This document shows, in pieces, positions 47,777 through 47,833 of a DNA stretch of 47,833 bases. Under the pieces are notes generated by a model. The model had not been told where the DNA came from. It saw only the letters and a list, made by a program, of their open reading frames with translations, and did not search any database. The first letter of the stretch is position 1. Every line of letters begins with the position of its first letter. The position numbers and the translations under genes were made by a program. Source of the DNA: a virus (Duplodnaviria; Caudoviricetes); the IMG/VR virus record IMGVR_UViG_3300032327_001082, positions 1 to 47,833 of that record. One strand, 5' to 3'.

Positions 47777-47833
47777 TGGCTCCCCAGCGTGGGATCGAAC
47801 CACGGACCAACAGATTAACAGTCTGCTGCTCTA
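47777..47833 (-). tRNA. tRNA-Asn (GTT anticodon), 5' end truncated by the window
   Basis: Anticodon arm GCAGA-CTGTTAA-TCTGT, T arm CGTGG-TTCGATC-CCACG, 3' end GGGGAG-CCA. Confidence 0.9.

Noticed and set aside
1-47833. TAG stop-codon reassignment, suggested by abundant CTAG
   Set aside because: Genes are full length under code 11, and TAG cleanly ends several genes (e.g. 9777, 11719, 24473).
1-47833. Prophage or host chromosomal DNA
   Set aside because: No integrase, repressor or host housekeeping genes; the continuous T5-like synteny points to a virulent phage.

Overview
AT-rich fragment of a lytic, T5-like (Demerecviridae-like) tailed phage genome with two convergent arms. The + strand (1-26813) is the late arm: the 3' part of the tape measure gene, tail-tip and fibre genes, a separately promoted block of repeat-rich virion or appendage proteins including a 2580-aa adhesin, a spanin-spanin-holin-endolysin lysis cassette, and phoH. 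The - strand (26852-47833) is the T5-type replication arm: D3-, D2- and PC4-like genes, split NAD-dependent ligase A/B, D5, DnaB-type helicase, primase, family A polymerase, D10-D15, a class II ribonucleotide reductase, and the end of a tRNA cluster (Gln, partial Asn). I found eight near-consensus sigma70 promoters and five intrinsic terminators. Spanins imply a Gram-negative host. The most striking feature is that the holin-like gene and the lytic transglycosylase overlap across an in-frame X XXY YYZ slippery heptamer (C CCA AAG, 25523-25529). This predicts a -1 ribosomal frameshift giving a 318-aa holin-endolysin fusion, although a single-base sequencing error cannot be excluded. Gene identities come from motif recognition and synteny; no searches were run.
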